Notes: generated by a model not told the origin, from the letters alone. 64,000 nucleotides of DNA from Coprothermobacterota bacterium (GCA_036679065.1 JAZIGN010000004.1:64001-128000); one strand, 5' to 3'; counted from the first letter of the stretch, positions 48,737 to 59,465 are shown. Numbers and translations are program-made.

Positions 48737-49683
48737 GCATATTGTACTGGTTATTATGGATTTTGCTGCTTTTTGTGTGGGCTCTACTTGTTGGTGGTAT
48801 TGATAGGAAAATCGTGGCACATCTGCAGGGAAGATATGGTCCCCCTTTTTGGCAGAACATTACTGACTTTGTGAAACTTTTTTACAAAAAGGGGAAAGTA
48901 GCCAGTAGAACGGCAATTGTAGTCATTGATGCTGCTTTGGTCATAGGTGTGTTAGCTGCCGTGTTAGCGTTAAGTGTTCTGCCTTTCCCCATGGTTGGGG
49001 GAGGCTTCCAGCTACTATCCGCCAGCGGTGATTTGATTATTTTCGCGTACGCTTTTGCTCTCATGGCCATGGTTTACGTGCTCATTGGATTTGGTGGGAA
49101 ATCCCCCTATACACTTGTAGGAGCTTCTAGGGAAATCTCAATGCTTTTGAGTTACGAGATACCTTTCATATTACTCATTGTTGCAATGGGCTATAGAGCC
49201 GTGTTCGTTACTGGCCTTCCTGTGGAGTCCATATTCTCCATGAGTGCTTTGCTAGCTGCCAAGAGTCAGCTGGGGACATTGCTCATGGATCCAATATTTC
49301 TTGGCATTTTTCTTGTCTTGTTAGTCTTAGGACCAGCTGTTGTGGGCTCAGTACCTTTTGACATTCCAGAGGCTGAAACAGAAATCGTTGACGGTTATGG
49401 TGCGGAGCTTCATGGGCCACGATTGGGGGTACTGTTTGGCCTTAAGCATATAAAGCTGATTACATATAGTTATTTTCTGTGGATGGTTTTTGTGAGCCCA
49501 CTTACAGGCAGTGTACTTCTTAACGTGCTTAGTGCTTTGGTGGGTACACTACTCGTAGCAATAGTGATTAACACCATACCAAGAGCGGTTAGTGGTCGTT
49601 TTAGGATCGACCAAGGTGCAAAGTTCTACCTATTAGGTCCTGGGTTGGCTTCTCTTCTGCTATTGCTACTAACATTGGTCTAG
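48724..49683 (+). CDS. NuoH/MbhM-like membrane subunit
   Basis: DRK..A.LQGR.GPP..Q...D..K, GASRE, PFDIPEAETE, RFRIDQ. Confidence 0.93.
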   Translation: MVDVSILYWLLWILLLFVWALLVGGIDRKIVAHLQGRYGPPFWQNITDFVKLFYKKGKVASRTAIVVIDAALVIGVLAAVLALSVLPFPMVGGGFQLLSASGDLIIFAYAFALMAMVYVLIGFGGKSPYTLVGASREISMLLSYEIPFILLIVAMGYRAVFVTGLPVESIFSMSALLAAKSQLGTLLMDPIFLGIFLVLLVLGPAVVGSVPFDIPEAETEIVDGYGAELHGPRLGVLFGLKHIKLITYSYFLWMVFVSPLTGSVLLNVLSALVGTLLVAIVINTIPRAVSGRFRIDQGAKFYLLGPGLASLLLLLLTLV

Positions 49684-49698
49684 GAGGGTGGTTGTCAT

Positions 49699-50172
49699 AT
49701 GAGCATATTCAAACCAGAAAAGTCTTTATGGATATATCACCTTAATACTGGAAGTTGTAATGGGTGCGATATTGAAATACTTGCTGCTCTTACTCCTAAA
49801 TATGACGCTGAACGTTTTGGTGTAAAGCTGGTTGGTAGTCCCAGGCATGCTGACATAATCGTTGCTACCGGTCCTGTTACTGCGGTTGCGAGGGAAAGTG
49901 TTCTGCGCGTCATCGATCAAGTTCCTGAACCAAGAGCCATCGTGGTAACAGGTGTGTGTGGCATTACCGGTGGAGTTTTTAGGGGCGGTTACAGCATAGC
50001 AGGGCCTCTTGACACATTGGTGCCTGTGGATGTCTACGTTTTTGGTTGTCCGCCTAAGCCTGAGGGAATCATGGTGGGCATTCTTAAAGCCGCTGAAGTT
50101 CTGGAATTGAAACGTAAGGGAGTGTACCAGAAAGACGTGGTAAGGATATCAGAGACAGGAGGCGTACTGTAA
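49699..50172 (+). CDS. Hydrogenase small subunit (NuoB/MbhJ-like)
   Basis: GSCNGCDIE, SPRHAD, G.C, GCPP. Confidence 0.95.
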   Translation: MSIFKPEKSLWIYHLNTGSCNGCDIEILAALTPKYDAERFGVKLVGSPRHADIIVATGPVTAVARESVLRVIDQVPEPRAIVVTGVCGITGGVFRGGYSIAGPLDTLVPVDVYVFGCPPKPEGIMVGILKAAEVLELKRKGVYQKDVVRISETGGVL

Positions 50173-50724
50173 ATGCCGTTTGGTGAAATATTTGGAAAAC
50201 TTGTAGATACCCTTGTTGGGGGACCTGTGGTTAAACCCTTTCCCAAAGAACCCGTGAAAGTTCCTCCAAAGTGGCGTGGGAAACCATTGTATGATGCTGA
50301 GGATTGCACTGGGTGTCGTCAATGCGAGAGGGTCTGCCCTCCAGCCGCGATAAGCATTGAGGACAATAAGGGAGAATTCTTTCATTACGAAATTGATTAT
50401 GGCGTTTGCATCTACTGCTGGTACTGCGTTGATGCTTGTCCCACTACGGCACTAACCGGCGACGACAGAACAGGCTTTTACGTGGGCACTGATCGTACTA
50501 AAGAAAAGATTGAAAGTGGTGTGCCTTATGTGGAGTGTCCCGTATGCGGTTCGAAAATATTGAGGCCCGCTAGGACATTGGTCATTAGACAGTTCAAGAA
50601 GTACACTCCTGAAACCTTGGTCAGAGCATCGGTGTGTCCAAAATGCAGGAGAGAAAAGACGCCTGAGGAAATAGAATCAGCAGTTCAGAAGTTCTTGGAG
50701 GATCATGGAATACCCAGAGATTAG
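50173..50724 (+). CDS. 2x[4Fe-4S] subunit (NuoI/MbhN-like)
   Basis: CTGCRQCERVCP and CIYCWYCVDACP. Confidence 0.93.
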   Translation: MPFGEIFGKLVDTLVGGPVVKPFPKEPVKVPPKWRGKPLYDAEDCTGCRQCERVCPPAAISIEDNKGEFFHYEIDYGVCIYCWYCVDACPTTALTGDDRTGFYVGTDRTKEKIESGVPYVECPVCGSKILRPARTLVIRQFKKYTPETLVRASVCPKCRREKTPEEIESAVQKFLEDHGIPRD

Positions 50725-50956
50725 GTTAAAGTACTTTGAAAAACCAGTGTCTGAAGGCCTAATTACGTCTGACTTGGATGCAGAGGTTATTGTTTTGCAC
50801 CAAAAGGTGTCCATATCTGTGGTTAATGCGTTTTTTAGACATGGCGGACAGTGTCTTGCGTGTTTGGATTCGAAAGGTGCTCTATTCTTCTTTAGGCATA
50901 AATGGTTTTATGTGCCTTTTTTAGCACTTGACAATGTTAGTGGCTCGCTGATATAA
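50705..50956 (+). CDS. Hypothetical protein
   Basis: 83-aa ORF with GGAGG before the ATG, overlapping the hydrogenase operon end; no recognised motif. Confidence 0.35.
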   Translation: MEYPEIRLKYFEKPVSEGLITSDLDAEVIVLHQKVSISVVNAFFRHGGQCLACLDSKGALFFFRHKWFYVPFLALDNVSGSLI

Positions 50957-50957
50957 T
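50928..50957 (+). promoter_or_regulatory. Sigma-70-type promoter for Met tRNAs
   Basis: TTGACA-18 nt-TATAAT with TG extension. Confidence 0.75.
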
Positions 50958-50969
50958 TCATGTTGAGGT

Positions 50970-51046
<77 letters not shown>

Positions 51047-51059
51047 TGTTTTTTTATAT

Positions 51060-51134
51060 GGCGGCGTAGCTCAGAGGTAGAGCAGGCGGCTCATACCCGC
51101 CGTGTCCGGGGTTCGATTCCCTGCGCCGCCACCA
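51060..51134 (+). tRNA. tRNA(CAT), probably elongator tRNA-Met
   Basis: GGCGGCG acceptor stem, GGCGG-CTCATAC-CCGCC anticodon arm, CCA. Confidence 0.88.
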
Positions 51135-51158
51135 AAAGGCTGTTAACATATATCTGTT

Positions 51159-52103
51159 ATGCTAGAAAGAGCTTTCATCAATACGTTAAGAAGTAACCCC
51201 GAAATAGTAGGAACCCATGGAATCGTTTTGGCAGTGTCTGGGGGAGAAGACTCCATGGTTTTGCTGCATCTTGTGAAGAGGTTTGAAAACCACTTGCCAC
51301 AAAATATTGTCGTAGCAACTCTTAATCATGGGATTAGACGGGACACAATAGAGGATGTAAAGTTAGTAATTCAGTATGCAGAAAACTGTGGTTTTCCAGT
51401 TTTAGTTGGTACTTTGAGTCCCAAATTGTACAGTGACGAGAACACTTTGCGCAACCACAGAAGAGCTTTTCTTCTAGAAGTCATGAATCAAGTAAGAGCC
51501 GACCGGATCTGGACTGCCCACCATGCAGATGACGCTGTGGAGACCTTGGTCCTGAGGATTAGTCGTGGTGCTGGTTTGATGGGAGCTGCAGGCCCAAGAA
51601 TTTACGAAGACCCGTGGGCGAAGCCGCTTTTGAGGGTAATGAGTGAGGAAATTACAGAATACAGAATGCGTCTGGATATTCCTTTTAGGGAAGACAGTAC
51701 CAATTTACTTTCTGATTACAAGCGAAATAAGATCAGGCACGAACTCCTTCCTTTTTGGTCGGAGCTGCTGGGTTACGATGTGAGGAAAACTCTTTATTCC
51801 AGCCTTACGTCCATGTCAGTGTTCAGGGAGTTTGCTGAAGAACAAGGAAACAGACTACTTGACCAACTTACGCTAGAAAGAGCACCTAAAATGCTGAAAT
51901 TGAGACGTAAAGCTTTTCTTTCTTACTCACGCAGTTCACAGCTTGTGCTTTTTTACTTGGCTGTGAAGTCGGTTCAAGGAGGAGTAGCAAGTCGTGGACA
52001 CTTGGAGGATGCGCTGAACTGTGTAAGTAAGATTCGTGATAGGAATTTTGGCAATTTTGTCTTGAAAGTGTATAGAGAATTTTTTGTTGTGGAGGTGCTT
52101 TGA
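51159..52103 (+). CDS. tilS: tRNA(Ile)-lysidine synthase (short form)
   Basis: AVSGGEDS PP-loop, TAHH.DD..ET, D.TN....YKRN.IR; tilS-hpt-ftsH order. Confidence 0.92.
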   Translation: MLERAFINTLRSNPEIVGTHGIVLAVSGGEDSMVLLHLVKRFENHLPQNIVVATLNHGIRRDTIEDVKLVIQYAENCGFPVLVGTLSPKLYSDENTLRNHRRAFLLEVMNQVRADRIWTAHHADDAVETLVLRISRGAGLMGAAGPRIYEDPWAKPLLRVMSEEITEYRMRLDIPFREDSTNLLSDYKRNKIRHELLPFWSELLGYDVRKTLYSSLTSMSVFREFAEEQGNRLLDQLTLERAPKMLKLRRKAFLSYSRSSQLVLFYLAVKSVQGGVASRGHLEDALNCVSKIRDRNFGNFVLKVYREFFVVEVL

Positions 52104-52651
52104 TGGAACCTGGTACCGCTGACACAGTCGAAAGAATACTGATTAGTGAGAGCGAGTTACAAGCCAAGGTCGCAGAATTAGCCAACCAGATCTCGCGTGA
52201 CTACGAGGGTAAGACCCCGTTGCTTGTTGGCATATTAAAAGGAGCTTTCGTCTTTCTTTCAGATTTAATAAGGCATGTTACCATACCAGTCCACGTTGGT
52301 TTTATGCAGGTTTCCAGCTATGGGAGTGGCACTGAGTCTTCCGGTATTGTGAAGATTTTGAAAGATTTGGACATATCTGTTGAGGGACGCCATGTCATCG
52401 TTGTGGAAGACATTGTTGACACGGGAGTAACCATGCAGCATCTCCTGGAATTACTTTCTGCTCGCAAGCCAGCAAGTCTGGCTGTGTGCGCTTTGCTGGA
52501 TAAAAAGGAAAGACGTCTAGTGGACGTGCATCTGAACTATGTTGGCTTTGAAATACCTAATGCGTTTGTTGTTGGGTACGGACTTGATTATGCGGAATAT
52601 TACCGGAATCTTCCTTTCATAGGGATTCCATATAAAAAGGTTTACGAATAG
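52100..52651 (+). CDS. hpt: Hypoxanthine phosphoribosyltransferase
   Basis: ILKGA, VEDIVDTG, FVVGYGLDY..YRNL. Confidence 0.97.
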   Translation: MMEPGTADTVERILISESELQAKVAELANQISRDYEGKTPLLVGILKGAFVFLSDLIRHVTIPVHVGFMQVSSYGSGTESSGIVKILKDLDISVEGRHVIVVEDIVDTGVTMQHLLELLSARKPASLAVCALLDKKERRLVDVHLNYVGFEIPNAFVVGYGLDYAEYYRNLPFIGIPYKKVYE

Positions 52652-52725
52652 CCTTGACTGGGTATATTCGTTAGACCCTGTAATGATAATGATAAAATGG
52701 GGTTAAAGGAGTTGAAAAGGAAAGA

Positions 52726-54543
52726 ATGAAGAACAATAGAAGACCGGATTTAGGTTTGTTAGTGTTCATAGTCGTGGCTTTAATCATAGTAACCATGATA
52801 GGGCCCTTATTTCTCGGAAGCAGCTTAATTCCTTCCACTGCTCCCACAACAGTTACAACCAGTGAAATTGTTGACATGATCGAAAAAGGCGAAATAGAAT
52901 CCATGATCATAGTCTCAAATTCAAGCGTCAAAGTAACAGCGAAAGATGGAAAAGTATATACTGCCGATATCGATTTGATTGCAGAAGGTCTCCTCTTGGA
53001 TGCTGCCAAGAGCAGCCCCACTCCGGTCACATTTAGTGTTCAGCAAGAAAAGACGAGCATATGGATAACGATTCTTGGGAACTGGATTCCCATTTTAGTT
53101 ATGCTCTTTTTCCTCATGTTCATGTTTAGACAAAGCTCTGCTGGGAGTAATCAGGTGTTCTCATTTACGCGGTCGAAGGCGCGCCTTTACATGGAGGACA
53201 AACCAACTGTCACTTTCAAGGATGTGGCAGGCTCCGAGGAAGCTAAAAAGGACCTCTTAGAAATCGTCGATTTTCTGAAGAACCCTAAGAAGTATCAGCT
53301 TATTGGTGCAAAGATTCCTAAGGGAGTGCTCTTAGTAGGCCCTCCCGGAGTTGGTAAGACTTTGATGGCGAAGGCTGTTGCTGGTGAGGCAGGAGTACCA
53401 TTTTTCTCCGTAAGTGGTTCTGAGTTTGTGGAAATGTTTGTGGGTGTTGGTGCTGCTCGCGTAAGGGATCTGTTCGAACAAGCTCGTAAATTTGCACCTT
53501 GCATTGTGTTTATCGACGAGATAGATGCAGTGGGAAGAGAAAGGGGAGCAGGCATAGGTGGCGGACATGACGAACGTGAACAAACATTGAACCAGCTTCT
53601 TGTTGAAATGGACGGCTTCGATCCTTATGCTGGAATCATAGTGCTTGCTGCAACCAACCGTCCAGACATACTTGACCCGGCTTTACTCAGACCAGGCAGG
53701 TTTGACAGAAAGGTCATTCTGGACATGCCAGACGTAAATGGAAGAAAACAGATATTGCTAATCCATATGAGGGGCAAGCCCATAGGACAGGATGTAGATG
53801 TGGATAGACTGGCTCAGCTTACTCCAGGTTTTAGTGGCGCAGACTTAGCCAACTTGGTTAACGAAGCAGCCCTATTGGCAGCTAGGAAAAACAAGAATGT
53901 AATTAGCATGGAAGAGTTTGAGGAAGCTGTTGAGAAGGTCATGCTTGGTCCTCAGCGAGGTCGAGTACTGAGTACTGAAGAGAAGAAAATAACTGCCTAC
54001 CACGAAATAGGGCATGCGGTTTGTACCACAATTCTTGACAACCCGAAGGAAGTGCATAAGATATCCATAGTGCCTAGAGGTATGGCTGTTGGCTACGTGT
54101 TCGGCGGTAGTAGTGAAGAGAAAGTCATGTACACAAGGGAAGAGCTTATTAAGAAGATCGCTGTCCTACTGGGTGGCAGGGCCTCTGAGGAGGTATTCTT
54201 AAATACTCAGACAACGGGAGCTCAGAACGATTTGCAGCGCGCCACGGACATAGCGCGCCGCATGGTAGTAGAGTGGGGCATGAGCGAACTGGGTCCTGTG
54301 ACCTTAGAAGAGCGTCAGGACTTAGTCTTCTTGGGGCGAGAGATAACAAGAAACAAGAATTACAGTGAAGCCACCGCCCAGCTAATCGACCAAAAAATCA
54401 AAGAGATATTGGAAGAGGCTTATGAAATGGCAAAGAAGACGCTCTCTGAGCGTGCAGAGAAAATCCATGCTTTGGCAGAAAGACTCATGGAAGTTGAAAC
54501 CATGTCTTCCGATGAGTTTTTGACACTTTTAGCGGAGGGGTGA
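52726..54543 (+). CDS. ftsH: ATP-dependent zinc metalloprotease FtsH
   Basis: Two TM segments, [20 protein letters not shown]. Confidence 0.98.
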   Translation: MKNNRRPDLGLLVFIVVALIIVTMIGPLFLGSSLIPSTAPTTVTTSEIVDMIEKGEIESMIIVSNSSVKVTAKDGKVYTADIDLIAEGLLLDAAKSSPTPVTFSVQQEKTSIWITILGNWIPILVMLFFLMFMFRQSSAGSNQVFSFTRSKARLYMEDKPTVTFKDVAGSEEAKKDLLEIVDFLKNPKKYQLIGAKIPKGVLLVGPPGVGKTLMAKAVAGEAGVPFFSVSGSEFVEMFVGVGAARVRDLFEQARKFAPCIVFIDEIDAVGRERGAGIGGGHDEREQTLNQLLVEMDGFDPYAGIIVLAATNRPDILDPALLRPGRFDRKVILDMPDVNGRKQILLIHMRGKPIGQDVDVDRLAQLTPGFSGADLANLVNEAALLAARKNKNVISMEEFEEAVEKVMLGPQRGRVLSTEEKKITAYHEIGHAVCTTILDNPKEVHKISIVPRGMAVGYVFGGSSEEKVMYTREELIKKIAVLLGGRASEEVFLNTQTTGAQNDLQRATDIARRMVVEWGMSELGPVTLEERQDLVFLGREITRNKNYSEATAQLIDQKIKEILEEAYEMAKKTLSERAEKIHALAERLMEVETMSSDEFLTLLAEG

Positions 54544-56204
54544 ATATGGGACTGGAGGAAGGAAAAGAAAAATGGATGGAGCTTTACACCAAGCACATCG
54601 GTAAACACGCCGAAAGGCAAAAAGAGTTTATCCTGGATAGTGGGCTAGTTTTAGAGCCTATCTACGATCCTACCAACTCACAGTTCGAGTACGAACAGGA
54701 TTTGGGTTGGCCAGGGATGTATCCGTTCACACGTGGCGTCCAGCCGAACATGTACAGAGGTCGGTTCTGGACCATGAGGCAATATGCTGGTTACGGCACT
54801 GCGAAGGAGACTAACGAACGATTTAGGTACTTGCTGGAGCAAGGGCAAACAGGTTTGTCTGTGGCTTTTGACCTTCCTACGCAGATTGGTTACGACTCCG
54901 ATCATGAACTTTCGATGGGCGAAGTGGGAAAGGTTGGCGTTGCCATCGATACGGTGGAAGACATGCACTTACTTTTCGACCAGATTGACCTGTCGAAGGT
55001 TTCCACAAGTATGACCATAAATGCTCCTGCGGCTGTGCTTTTAGCAATGTATATTGTGGTCGCAGAGGAAAACGGATTAGACCGAAAGGTGCTTTCCGGT
55101 ACCATTCAAAACGACATACTTAAGGAATACGTGGCTCGCGGTACGTACATCTTTCCGCCGAAACCTTCTTTAAGGCTTATCGCTGACACTATTGAATTCT
55201 GTGCACAAGAAATGCCAAAATGGAATCCTATCTCCATAAGTGGATACCACATACGGGAGGCTGGAGCTAACGCCGTTGAAGAGATTGCTTTCACCTTTGC
55301 CAACGCGAAGGCTTACGTCGATGCAGTGCTTAAGAGAAACATTTCAGTGGACGATTTTGCTGGACAGCTTTCTTTCTTCTTTGCGGCACACAATAATCTT
55401 TTGGAAGAAGTTGCTAAATTCAGGGCTGCTCGCCGCTTGTGGGCAAAGATCATGAGGGAGCAGTACGGGGCAACAAAAGAACGTGCAATGATGCTTCGTT
55501 TCCACACGCAAACGGCTGGATCAACTTTGACGGCACAACAGCCGCTAAACAACATAATTCGTGTGACATTGCAGGCTTTGGCAGCAGTGCTAGGTGGTAC
55601 ACAGTCTTTGCATACAAATTCCTACGATGAAGCTCTTTCCTTACCCACTGAGGAGGCTGTCAAGGTGGCTCTAAGGACCCAGCAAATACTTGCCTATGAG
55701 TCTGGCGTGGCAGACACGGTTGACCCTCTTGGTGGAAGCTATGTTATTGAGCGACTAACCAATGAACTTGAAGAGAATATTGCAAGGGAATTGAAAGCCA
55801 TTGATGACATGGGAGGAGCTGTCGCTGCTATTGAGTCTGGCTACATGCAAAAGCGCATCGCTGAGAGTGCATACAAGTACTATAGGGGAGTAGCCAATGG
55901 GGAGAAAGTCATAGTTGGTGTTAATAAATTCGCTGATCCGGAGGAAGATCAAAGCTTCAGAGTTCTAAGGGTTGATCCAAAGATTCGAGAAGAGCAGATC
56001 GAATCTATCAATGCGGTTAAGAACAAACGCGACAATGCGAAGGTCGAAAACTCTCTTGAGGAGCTTAAGAAAGCAGCCATGACAGAAGATGTGAATTTAA
56101 TGCCGCTCATAATTGATGCTGTAAGAAATAGATGTACCTTAGGAGAAATAATGGATACTCTTAGGGACGTATTTGGCGAATACAGACCGCCTGTGGTTTT
56201 CTAA
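54540..56204 (+). CDS. Methylmalonyl-CoA mutase, substrate-binding subunit (split type)
   Basis: WTMRQYAG (Tyr) and NDILKEYVAR (Arg), MCM-type specificity residues; GTQSLHTN. Confidence 0.93.
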   Translation: MNMGLEEGKEKWMELYTKHIGKHAERQKEFILDSGLVLEPIYDPTNSQFEYEQDLGWPGMYPFTRGVQPNMYRGRFWTMRQYAGYGTAKETNERFRYLLEQGQTGLSVAFDLPTQIGYDSDHELSMGEVGKVGVAIDTVEDMHLLFDQIDLSKVSTSMTINAPAAVLLAMYIVVAEENGLDRKVLSGTIQNDILKEYVARGTYIFPPKPSLRLIADTIEFCAQEMPKWNPISISGYHIREAGANAVEEIAFTFANAKAYVDAVLKRNISVDDFAGQLSFFFAAHNNLLEEVAKFRAARRLWAKIMREQYGATKERAMMLRFHTQTAGSTLTAQQPLNNIIRVTLQALAAVLGGTQSLHTNSYDEALSLPTEEAVKVALRTQQILAYESGVADTVDPLGGSYVIERLTNELEENIARELKAIDDMGGAVAAIESGYMQKRIAESAYKYYRGVANGEKVIVGVNKFADPEEDQSFRVLRVDPKIREEQIESINAVKNKRDNAKVENSLEELKKAAMTEDVNLMPLIIDAVRNRCTLGEIMDTLRDVFGEYRPPVVF

Positions 56205-56225
56205 AAAGGGGGGTGCAGTTAGATC

Positions 56226-56618
56226 ATGGGAAGAAAAATTGTTGTGGCTAAACCTGGCTTGGACGGTCATGATAGGCAAGCAAAGGTTATTGCCCGAGTA
56301 TTGAAAGATAACGGTTACGATGTAGTCTATACGGGGATTAGACAAACGCCCAGTCAAATTGCTCAAACTGTTCTTCAAGAATCTGCTGATGTGGTTGTTC
56401 TGAACAATCTGAGTGGAGCTCATCTGGAACTTTTCCCTGAAACGGCCAAGAGAATACGTGAACTGGGTTTAAACCCTTTCATCATAGGAACAGGTGTCAT
56501 ACCACCTGAGGACCAGGAAGAGCTTTTGAAAAAAGGTTTAGACGTTGTCTTCGGGCCTGGAACGCCTCCGCAGACCATAGTGGAAGCCATAAAACAATGG
56601 GAACAAACCAATCCCTGA
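56226..56618 (+). CDS. Methylmalonyl-CoA mutase cobalamin-binding subunit
   Basis: KPGLDGHDR, LSGAH, FGPGT. Confidence 0.92.
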   Translation: MGRKIVVAKPGLDGHDRQAKVIARVLKDNGYDVVYTGIRQTPSQIAQTVLQESADVVVLNNLSGAHLELFPETAKRIRELGLNPFIIGTGVIPPEDQEELLKKGLDVVFGPGTPPQTIVEAIKQWEQTNP

Positions 56619-57511
56619 TAAGGGCGCTAAGAAATGGCTCTCAGGCTGACATAGCGAGAGCTATTACCCTAATCGAGAAGAACGGCCAGAACATGTCCGA
56701 GTTCCTCAGGTTACTTTATGAGGAGGACACAAACCCTGTTCCACTAATCGGCCTAACCGGGTTTGGAGGAGCTGGGAAAAGCAGTCTTGTTGGGGTTCTA
56801 GCAGAGTCTTTGCTAAAAGCAGGTAAGAGAATCGGTATCATGGCTGTGGACCCTACATCTCCTAAATCTGGCGGTGCTTTGCTCGGGGACAGGATACGGC
56901 TTCAGCATCTTTTCCCAAATGAAAATCTATTTTTTAGAAGTTTTGCCAATAAAGGTGCTCTCGGGGGTCTAAGTCCACTCTTGATGGAGTCTGTGAAAAT
57001 CTTAGAAGTAGCAGGTTTTGACTACATATTCTTAGAAACCGTGGGCATCGGACAAAGTGAAGTGGATATAACTCATTTTGCGGATGTTGTGGTCTTGGTG
57101 CTTTCGCCTGGACTGGGCGATGAAATTCAATTTTTGAAGGGTGGCATTATGGAAATCGCTGACATATTAGTCATGAACAAAATGGATATGCCCAGTGCCA
57201 ACGTTAGTCTGGCAGCTCTGGAAGCTTATGCCAGACTTCTTGATGAACCACCAAGAGTGGTTCCTGTGTCAGCTATTGAGCGCCGCAACATTGATGTTCT
57301 TCTTTCCGAAATCAATGATTGTTACTGCAGAAAGCAGGAATCTCACGAGCTGGAACAAATAAGGAAACAGCGTAATAGAGCATTGTACCACTCATGGATG
57401 ATGCAGATGCTAGAACCCATTGTGGATCAGTGTTACAGTGAAGGAGAAGTTCCTTATATTGCTGCAAAGACCTTTGTAGATAGCATAGGGAGGTGCTTAA
57501 ATGAATATTGA
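56597..57511 (+). CDS. meaB: Mutase-associated GTPase MeaB
   Basis: GAGKS, VDPTS..SGGALLGDRIR, ETVG.GQSE. Confidence 0.93.
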   Translation: MGTNQSLIRALRNGSQADIARAITLIEKNGQNMSEFLRLLYEEDTNPVPLIGLTGFGGAGKSSLVGVLAESLLKAGKRIGIMAVDPTSPKSGGALLGDRIRLQHLFPNENLFFRSFANKGALGGLSPLLMESVKILEVAGFDYIFLETVGIGQSEVDITHFADVVVLVLSPGLGDEIQFLKGGIMEIADILVMNKMDMPSANVSLAALEAYARLLDEPPRVVPVSAIERRNIDVLLSEINDCYCRKQESHELEQIRKQRNRALYHSWMMQMLEPIVDQCYSEGEVPYIAAKTFVDSIGRCLNEY

Positions 57512-57905
57512 ACACGTAGAACACGTTGGCATAGCCATGCCTTCCGAAGAAGAATCACTGCAAGTGGGAAGACTGCTATTTGGCAGGGAACCAGACGTCA
57601 TAGAAGAGGTGCCCTCGCAGAAAGTGAAAACCTACATTTACAGGGTGGGGCAAACAAAGATAGAGTTCCTGGTGCCCACTTCTGAAGACAGTACCATAGC
57701 TAAATTCTTAGCTGATCGGGGGCAGGGCTTGCACCATCTGGCTTTTGCTGTTGACAGTGTTCAAGAAGCTATTCAAGAGCTCAAAGAAAAAGGTGTGCGT
57801 ATGATCGACGAAAGTCCTCGTGAAGGTGTTGAGGGGACAAGAATCGCTTTCATACACCCGAAAAGCACTGGTAAAGTCTTAGTGGAACTGGTAGAAGGAG
57901 AGTAA
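57501..57905 (+). CDS. mce: Methylmalonyl-CoA epimerase
   Basis: HVGIA, GLHHLAF, FIHPK, VELVE (VOC fold). Confidence 0.93.
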   Translation: MNIEHVEHVGIAMPSEEESLQVGRLLFGREPDVIEEVPSQKVKTYIYRVGQTKIEFLVPTSEDSTIAKFLADRGQGLHHLAFAVDSVQEAIQELKEKGVRMIDESPREGVEGTRIAFIHPKSTGKVLVELVEGE

Positions 57906-57908
57906 ACC

Positions 57909-59453
57909 ATGGATTGGGAAGAACTATTGGAGCAGTACAGGCAGCGAAAAGAGAAGATCTTTGAAGGGGGCGGTAAGGAGCGTATTAAGAAAATCAAAGA
58001 TGCTGGCAAACTAACCGCTCGAGAACGTATTGAGTATTTACTCGATCTGAACAGTTTTGTGGAGATCGGCGCTTTTGTGGAGCACAGAGCAACTGCATTG
58101 GGGATGGATAAAACAAAAGCACCTGCAGATGGTGTGGTTACAGGATTTGGAACCATTGATGGTCGTCTAGTGTTTGTTGCTTCTCAGGACTTCTCGGTGC
58201 TAGGCGGGTCTGTGGGTGAGATGCACGCGGCTAAGATAGCCAGGATACAGGATATGGCAGTGCAGTACAAGGCCCCTGTGATTATAATGAACGATTCAGG
58301 TGGTGCTCGCATTCAAGAAGGCGTCGACGCTCTAAAGGGCTATGGTGATATTTTCTACCGGAATGTAAAAGCATCAGGTGTGGTTCCTCAGATAGCCATA
58401 GTATTTGGTCCTTGTGCTGGTGGTGCAGTTTATTCGCCTGCACTCATGGATTTTGTCTTAATGACCTCCAATGCATACATGTTCATAACAGGGCCAAAGG
58501 TAGTGGAAACCGTAACCGGAGAGCAGGTTACCAATGAACAACTGGGTGGCCCTCTGGTTCATGCTCAGAAATCAGGAAACATACATTTTGTTGCAGACAC
58601 TGATGAAGAAGCCATTGATCTGACACGGAAATTACTTTCTTATTTGCCAAACAGCGCTTATGAAAAACCGCTTTATGTGGAGCCAAAAGATGATCCCACT
58701 CGTTTAGTTCCTGAGCTTATGGATATCATACCTCCCGAACCTAACAAAGCCTTTGACATAAAACAAGTCATAAGAGCCATTGTAGATGACGGGGAGTTTT
58801 TGGAGGTGCAGCCAGAATTTGCTCGAAGTATGGTAACCGGATTTGCACGGTTGGGTGGCCACGTCATCGGGATTGTGGCAAACCAATCTTCATATATGGC
58901 TGGTGTATTAGATATTGATTCTTCTGATAAAGCAGCTAGGTTCGTTAGGACTTGTAATGTATTTAACATTCCCATTGTGACCCTCGTGGACACGCCCGGC
59001 TACATGCCAGGGACTCAACAGGAATACGGTGGCATAATTCGTCATGGAGCAAAACTGCTTTATGCCTATTCTGAAGCGCAGGTTCCAAAAATCACACTTA
59101 TTGTGAGGAAAGCGTTCGGTGGAGCCTACATTGCCATGGGGTCTAAGCATCTTGGCGCCGACATAGTTTTCGCATTGCCTTCGGCTCAGGTTGCTGTCAT
59201 GGAGGCCGAAGGAGCAGCTAACATCGTCTTTAGAAAGGAAATAGAAAGTGCAGAGAATCCTGACCAAGTGAGAGCAGAAAAGATAAACGAGTACCGTCAG
59301 CAGTTTTCAAATCCTTTTGTAGCTGCATCCAGGCTTTATGTGGATGATGTTATCGAGCCGCAATTTGTGCGTCTGGCTCTCTATAACGGTCTCGAACTTA
59401 CGTTTTCCAAGAAAGATTCCGTGGGTGTTAAGCATGGGAACATTCCATTGTAG
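57909..59453 (+). CDS. mmdA: Methylmalonyl-CoA decarboxylase alpha (carboxyltransferase)
   Basis: DSGGARIQEG, GPCAGGAVY, GIIRHGAK, KHGNIPL. Confidence 0.9.
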   Translation: MDWEELLEQYRQRKEKIFEGGGKERIKKIKDAGKLTARERIEYLLDLNSFVEIGAFVEHRATALGMDKTKAPADGVVTGFGTIDGRLVFVASQDFSVLGGSVGEMHAAKIARIQDMAVQYKAPVIIMNDSGGARIQEGVDALKGYGDIFYRNVKASGVVPQIAIVFGPCAGGAVYSPALMDFVLMTSNAYMFITGPKVVETVTGEQVTNEQLGGPLVHAQKSGNIHFVADTDEEAIDLTRKLLSYLPNSAYEKPLYVEPKDDPTRLVPELMDIIPPEPNKAFDIKQVIRAIVDDGEFLEVQPEFARSMVTGFARLGGHVIGIVANQSSYMAGVLDIDSSDKAARFVRTCNVFNIPIVTLVDTPGYMPGTQQEYGGIIRHGAKLLYAYSEAQVPKITLIVRKAFGGAYIAMGSKHLGADIVFALPSAQVAVMEAEGAANIVFRKEIESAENPDQVRAEKINEYRQQFSNPFVAASRLYVDDVIEPQFVRLALYNGLELTFSKKDSVGVKHGNIPL

Positions 59454-59465
59454 GGGCGATGAAAG

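Noticed and set aside
52680..52698. Fur-box-like TAATGATAATGATAAAAT upstream of ftsH
   Set aside because: Lacks the inverted half; explainable as an AT-rich -10 region
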